A stretch of DNA of 64,000 bases from Hormiphora californensis (lineage: Eukaryota; Animalia; Ctenophora): NCBI GenBank assembly GCA_020137815.1, contig CM035353.1, forward strand, positions 744,001 through 808,000, in the 5' to 3' direction. The stretch's first letter is position 1, and every line of letters begins with the position of its first letter. This document shows positions 48,984 to 64,000 of the stretch, piece after piece. The translations under genes and the position numbers were made by a program. The notes beneath the pieces were generated by a model, which ran no database searches, was not told the origin of the DNA, and saw only the letters and a program-made list of their open reading frames with translations.

Positions 48984-51900
48984 TTATCGAAGGGTCCGGT
49001 TAAAGTAATGTTGCCCAATATACCCTCCTCGCATGCTTTTGTTCACGTTCTGTTCAAACAACCGCTTGTTCGTCTGAAGAACGTGTGCCGCTTCTGAGGA
49101 GAGAGAGAATGTTGGTAAGGTGGTGAGGAAAGAGATGGTGACACTGACAGTGATATCAGACATCATATCACGAGTTTATGGCTTACCAACAATGTTACAC
49201 ATGTTAATGTGTATGCGCGTTATCAAAACGACTGCTGCAGCAGCAGCTGTAAAGTCATTCACTGCGCGCGCGACCTACAAGTCCTACTTTTATCAGGAGC
49301 AGGTCATCGCGCCCTCCGTCTATCTGACTCATATGAACTGGGATGGGCTTTTCAGTGATGGCCAAGAGGCTATATTTAGCATTTATATTAATCGAGTCGA
49401 TCTTTTCAATCACTCATGATTTGGAAGTAGAAAAAAGTTTAGAGAAAATATCTTAAAGCAAGGGATATGAGATTATAGAACACAAATTGTTTTTGCTGGA
49501 ATCAAAAGCAAGGTAATCAGTTCATGTAAGTTACTTTGTCTATGGGACAAATAAATAGGTTCCACAAAATTTTAGACTTTTAGCTCAAGGTTCTTTTTTA
49601 TAGGAATGAACATTGACATTCATTCCACAAACGTGATTTATCTTCTGCCTATCGATTATCTTTCCAATGCGACCAAGAAAACATAAAACGGACAACCACA
49701 AGGCACACAGCGGTCATGTTTCTGACAGTTAGTCATGTCATGTGATCCCCACCGAATTGTGAACTATTCTGAATTGCTAATCAGGCTTAGTGGTAGAGAA
49801 TCACTGAAAAAGGGACATGTGATTCGAGAGCACGGGGATTAAGAGGCCACTCGTTAATGAGCTTTGGATCTCATGACCAATCGTCATCCCTCATTAGCGG
49901 CTGTGATACGTGATTCTCTACCACTAAGCCTGTTTAGCAATTCAGAATAGTCCACGATTCGGTGGGGATTAGATGACATGACTAACTGTCAGAAACATGA
50001 CCACTGTGTGCCACTGGAAAGCTAATCGATAGCCAAAGACAATTGTTTAACAATTAAAAATGAACTTTGAGCTAAAAGTCTGAAATTTAGGTCAACCTAA
50101 TCATTTATCCCATAGAGTAAATGTGGCAAATTTTAGGCCTCTACGATATCGGGAACCATGCTAGTCTAGGGGGACTTTTTTGCCCCAGAAGTTATACCAC
50201 ATGCGACAAATTTAAGTTTCAGTACCCTTTTTGTAATTCGAGGTAGCATTGTGAAAGTTGATAATGATTAGAGAGTAACCAACTAAAGATATTACCTTTA
50301 TTAAGAGGATCGTCTGGGTTGGGTGACTGAAACAGTGGTGTGTTATTAAAAAGATACACACTCATATTTGGTGACCACTCTAGATAGACAATATATCCGA
50401 TATATTTGGGAGTGTTTTAACTCACCGTGAATAGGTAGATGAGTCCGTAAACCACTGAGTTTATTGAAAGTATAGGATTCCAATCTTCCCTGAAATAACA
50501 ACATGTTTAACGTTTATTCCGTACTACCTCCTACTTCACCCGGTAGCCCCGGTTTTCACAAAATATTTAAAGTGATTATGGGAGCGAGGGAGTATTTATG
50601 ATACTGAACAAGAATTATTGCATTATGTATTCATAATGCGGTGTTTCCCTGCCACAAATGGGTGTAAAATTGATGACTAAGCTTTAAAACTGGGTTTCCC
50701 GATGAATTTTGCACTCAATGTTAGTTGCTATGGTATCCAGGTTGGTTGCTATGGTAACCAAAGCAGTTGCTATGGTAACCAAGACAATTGCTATGATAAC
50801 CAAGGCAGTTGCTAAGGAGACCCTGGTTGTTTACAAAGTGCTTCAACTTTACCCTCGCTCATCATAACTCCAGTCACTCAATTATTGTGTGATAGTAGTT
50901 TCATGCTTGGAAGACTTGCTACCACAGATTACTCGTTCGTTACGTTGCAGTTCGTTTCACTTTTGCTTGTCTCAGACACCATTAAGGGCTCTCCCCCTCA
51001 CTAAAATGCAACTTAAATCCGTCTCAAATACCCATTTCCAGCACACATGACCTCCCAGTTAAAGTTACCACTGAACTGTCTCTCGGGCTTGGCCTAGTCT
51101 CATCACTAAATTACAGCTACATTTTTGGCCAATATTACCCACCGCCCCACCCCCACCCACCCCACCTACCCACCGCCCCACCCCCACCCACCCTCCAAAG
51201 GCAAAACGTTACCTCGATCCAGACCAACTCCAAGTTACACGCAGAGGCAAAACGTTACCTTGTTCCAGACTAAATCAAACTCAAGACTATCTCAAGGGCA
51301 AAACGTTACCTTGATCCAGAACAATCCCAACTCGACAGACTCTATGACTGATGCCATAGGTTCCCCCATTTCATCTTAATTGAGAAAGGGGGGAGCTTAG
51401 CGCCATAGTTACCCATACCCGGGCGGTATGCGGTTTGCTCAGCGTGTGGCTATGTGACTTGCTACCACATCATTGTACGGCTGTATGTGTAACGGTGGAC
51501 AGACGGACACTTTTAGTTACCCCCCCCCCCTGAATGATCTTTTTAGCACGTACGTGCTAACAAGTTCACCCGGTCGGGGAAAAAATGCCAAATAAAGTCT
51601 AATTTGAGGGCTTTTTTTATGAAAGTTCTCACTCTGCCGAACAGTGACGCACATAGCGAGGAGCATGTTGTTGTTGGTCTTACCTTAGAATATTGAGACA
51701 GATGTTTCCCTCCAAATCAATGTTAGGATGATACACCTACAGGAATAATTTCATTAAATTATGAAATTTGAAAAACTGATTTGAATGATGAAATGTAGAT
51801 GATATGTCATGGAGGTGGAGTCTTACCGGCGTGAGGCACTTCACTTTTGGCGGTTCGTGGGGATAACTGTTGTTTATCTGAAGACGATTTAGTTGGTAGT

Positions 51901-52458
51901 AAAGAAAAGACAACAGAACTAATTTATCGATATCTATGCAGTGATATACCGTAAATTGGAAGACGAAGCGGCCATTTTTGTAGAATCCCTCGTCTGGCAT
52001 AAGATATAGTTTGAAATTTAATAAGTTGTTTGGGTCTAGAAATTCCGTTTTACATGTTGGCGGTAACGACAAATCCGCTAAATCTGAAAATGAGAAGAGG
52101 TTTGGAAACTGATCAACAATTTACAATAAACATTATATCTAATTAATAGTTTAGACACCCTCGACACAAGCCTCGACTCGACCCGGAGAACACCAACACT
52201 AATTGTCCTAAAGCGTCCTATGGGTGTGTGGGGACCTGTGGCGAGGGAGGAGAAAGGTCTGTTGTCGGCCGATATTGTGTAGCTAAGTGGAAGGAATGAC
52301 GAGAGGTGCTAAACATACACTATACACACACCCAAGGCCCCACCTTTTTGTACTCTGAGGTATGCAGCGGTTTGTGTGGGTCGTGATGTACTTCCGCCAG
52401 GTCCAGTGGCGCTCGGTGAGCTAGCTCCCGGTTTCTTCAAATCAAATAACTTAAACAT
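48984..52458 (-). CDS. UBE2M: NEDD8-conjugating enzyme Ubc12; multi-exon
   Basis: MFKLFDLKK..., AAYLRVQK|[50 protein letters not shown]|EDWNP (catalytic Cys), [24 protein letters not shown]. Confidence 0.95.
49535..50118. mobile_element. Long imperfect inverted-repeat element (~580 bp) in a UBE2M intron
   Basis: Arms such as CTGACAGTTAGTCATGTCAT / ATGACATGACTAACTGTCAG and CTATTCTGAATTGCTAA / TTAGCAATTCAGAATAG. Confidence 0.8.
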
Positions 52459-52559
52459 CTGATATACAAAGACAAAACCGGAAACCCCCCACAAAGTTTG
52501 GTATGAAAATTTTTTTCTTTCTTTCGAATCTGCGCCAAACGTTTGAAATTTTGCCCATT

Positions 52560-52690
52560 TGCGTTCTTCAAAACTGAACGCGCGGCGTTTATGCCCTAGT
52601 GCGCGTTAATGTAATGCGCGTTTTTGGCGCGAAGTGTGCTTTATTTACAAAACAAGTCTTTGTCGCGCGCGTCAAGCCCGCCCTGACACA
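52560..52690. promoter_or_regulatory. CpG-rich candidate UBE2M promoter with an E2F-like TTTGGCGCG site
   Basis: Cluster of CGCG motifs 100-230 bp upstream of the ATG; TTTTGGCGCG at ~52622-52631. Confidence 0.35.
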
Positions 52691-52924
52691 ACATTGTGAC
52701 ACGAATGTATATTGGGACACATAAAACTTCTCGATTTTACCATTGAAATATGAGATGGAAAACATAAAAAAGAATCATTTAACACATTTCTTCACAAACA
52801 TAAATATACACGGAAAGTATTTACTCATTAACATACAACCAAAAAAAACAACCAACGGGAAATCAATAAAACACAGTCTGAACGTCCCTCTGATCACTTC
52901 TCTCGTGTCTGCACGTCCCTCTGA

Positions 52925-54174
52925 TCACTTCTCTCGTGTCTGCAGGGTGGGTCTCTTTTTACCATCTAGCAGGTCGTCGAGGAGTTCATCCCAGCGCAGT
53001 GTGAGGTATGTTAGTTGGGCGTTCACGTAGTGGTGTCTAGCAGCTGGTCTGACAAACCAATTAGAAGACACGTACCTGAGATGATAGTTCATTTATAAAG
53101 TATGGTTGATTTGAGTGATATCAGTGGTTGGATGTAAAAGAAAGGAAATTTTTATTAAGTAACATGCAAGGACTAAGATCGGTGAGTTACCTCTGTCTAC
53201 TGGCGGTTGAGAGTCGTCTCCTTATACTTGGATCATCACAGTTATTCCTAACATCCGCACTAGATGTCGGTACGTTACTATCCAAGTGGTCTGCCTCTCT
53301 ATCAAAACTAAGGGATACGTCAGAGGATTATAGATATTAACCAGAATCAAGAAAAACGTTGGCTTTTAAATGGAATGGCCCATTCCCCCAAACACAGTTC
53401 TCTAATAACAATACTGACCCACCTTTCTTACCTGACAACGAAATCTTTGTTAATGCCCGGTTTAAATGAACTAACGCACATCTCTACCCTGCCTCGTCCC
53501 TTGGGCCCATTCATAGTAATGAACTGACTCTGCGGCTCCCCAGGGTAGTATCCCAGAGAGAATTGCTTTAGAAATTTGTTCTTAAAACTGGCCTGGGTGA
53601 GAGTTAGATGATATCATCTCTCATTCACATTGCCTGATTTTAAAGGCCTATATAATATGTTATGGTAATAATTTGTTCGGGGTTGGAATTATAGGTGTGC
53701 GTCCCCTACAATCCCGTGCCCCTCTGGGAGGGCCGGGGACGTGTCCCTCTGAGAAAGCCGGGGACGTGCTACTCTCAAAGGGCCGGGGACGTGCTCCTCT
53801 CAAAGGGCCGGGGACGTGCCCCTCTGAGAGAGCCGGGGACGTGCTCCTCTCAAAGGGCCGGGGACGTGCTCCTCTCAAAGGGCCGGGGACGTGCCCCTCT
53901 GAGAGAGCCGGGGACGTGCTCCTCTCAAAGGGCCGGGGACGTGCTCCTCTCAAAGGGCCGGGGACGTGCCCCTCTGAGAGAGCCGGGGACGTGCCCCTCT
54001 CAAAGGGCCGGGGACGTGCCCCTCTTAGCTGTTTACCTTTGTTTCCAGCGTGTTTTTTAGAATCTCGTATCGTATTGAACCCAAGAAAACTGATACTTGA
54101 GTCGTGTTCGCTTTATCTATCGCAACCAGCTCCACACATACCTTAGAGAGAGAGAAGGGGTTGGAGATGGGAAG

Positions 54175-54236
<62 letters not shown>

Positions 54237-54847
54237 ATGCGCTTTATATCTCTTCTCGCTCTCAGTGATCGCTTTCTATCTCGCTCATCCTAGAGCTACT
54301 CTATCTCCCTCTCGTAGCCTCTTCTCTCTCTCTCTCTCTCGCTCGCTCCGCTCTCTCTCTCTCTCTCCTGCCTCGCTCTCTCTCGCTCGCTCCCTCTCTT
54401 CTCCTCTCTCGCGTCTCTCTCTTCCTTCTCTCGAGAGAAGTAGAACACCATCCTTACCATTTCATTATCGGTCAACACGATCCCATTGAAAATTTCATCA
54501 AAATTAAACACAGAAAAGTAGATATTTGGGTAGGAGATTGTCGTCTGTTTTGCCTTTCCACTCATACTGTGCTTGTTGGGTGAGCCAAATACAGGTACAC
54601 TAAAACTCCTGGGAAGACCATCAAAGATAATGACAATGGGACTTGAAAATATCCCAAGTATCAATTGATTAATGAACATTACATTATACATTAGCAAAAT
54701 TAATTGTCACAATTGTCACAATGATTGCCTCACCTATATATTTTGAGGGCCTTCCCTGCAGGTTTCTCGCACACTGCACATGTTAGTACATACTCAAACT
54801 GATGAAGTAACATGTTTAAATGAAACGTCTCCAGCCAACTAAACTTC
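52925..54847 (-). CDS. KIAA0930: KIAA0930 / DUF2045 homologue; 3' exons only (5' part lies beyond 64000)
   Basis: FSWLETFHLNMLLHQFEYVLTCAVC, VFGSPNKHSM...ISYPNIYF, EM|VCVELVA...FLGSIRYE, MNGPKGRGRVEMCVS and LTYLTLRWDELLDDLL match the family as I recall it. Stop TGA at 52927-52925. Confidence 0.88.
53730..54024. repeat. 25-bp tandem repeat (GGCCGGGGACGTGC[T/C]CCTCT...) in a KIAA0930 intron
   Basis: About 12 copies. Confidence 0.9.
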
Positions 54848-55082
54848 CTGCAACAAATTGAACGGGTTTTGTTGCGGTCTTTCAGTGTCAAACAAAGTAG
54901 CATTGAGCTTGTTTTGTTCGAACCGTGGGGGTCAGGGTCGAACAAGGCAACATTGTGCTATACATTGATTTGAGTATTTAGAGTTCGAGTTTTTAAAGTT
55001 TGAGTTTTTAAACAACAAGTAAGTTATTAGTAAGTAACGACCTATTTTGTACCATAAAACTAAAGCTCCACGAACTGTAATT

Positions 55083-64000
<8,918 letters not shown>

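Overview
Eukaryotic (animal) genomic DNA with short GT-AG introns, dense MITE/foldback elements, poly-C/G tracts and large tandem arrays. The compact, nested-gene style and the LDLa-7TM receptor without LRRs would fit a non-bilaterian such as a ctenophore, but that is inference. Five conserved spliced genes were rebuilt by hand: a class I GLUT/SLC2A sugar transporter (+, 7739-12171), a kynurenine aminotransferase (+, 12744-16589), a ~23.5 kb anoctamin/TMEM16 gene (-, 24858-48403), UBE2M/Ubc12 (-, 48984-52458) and a KIAA0930/DUF2045 homologue (-, 52925 to beyond the window end). Four things stand out. (1) The anoctamin introns hold five nested intronless ORFs: three tiny hyper-acidic peptides (two missed by the ORF track), a signal-peptide/poly-Asp/furin-site precursor, and a frameshifted LDLa-GPCR. 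(2) Exon-intron junctions are repeatedly tandem-duplicated, and two satellites (~3 kb and >=9 kb) are amplified 'exon end + splice donor + homopolymer' units. (3) A 92-nt GT...AG tandem duplication in the aminotransferase would give two in-frame, mutually exclusive isoforms. (4) A MITE sits inside a coding exon of that same gene. Exon borders are manual estimates with no transcript evidence.
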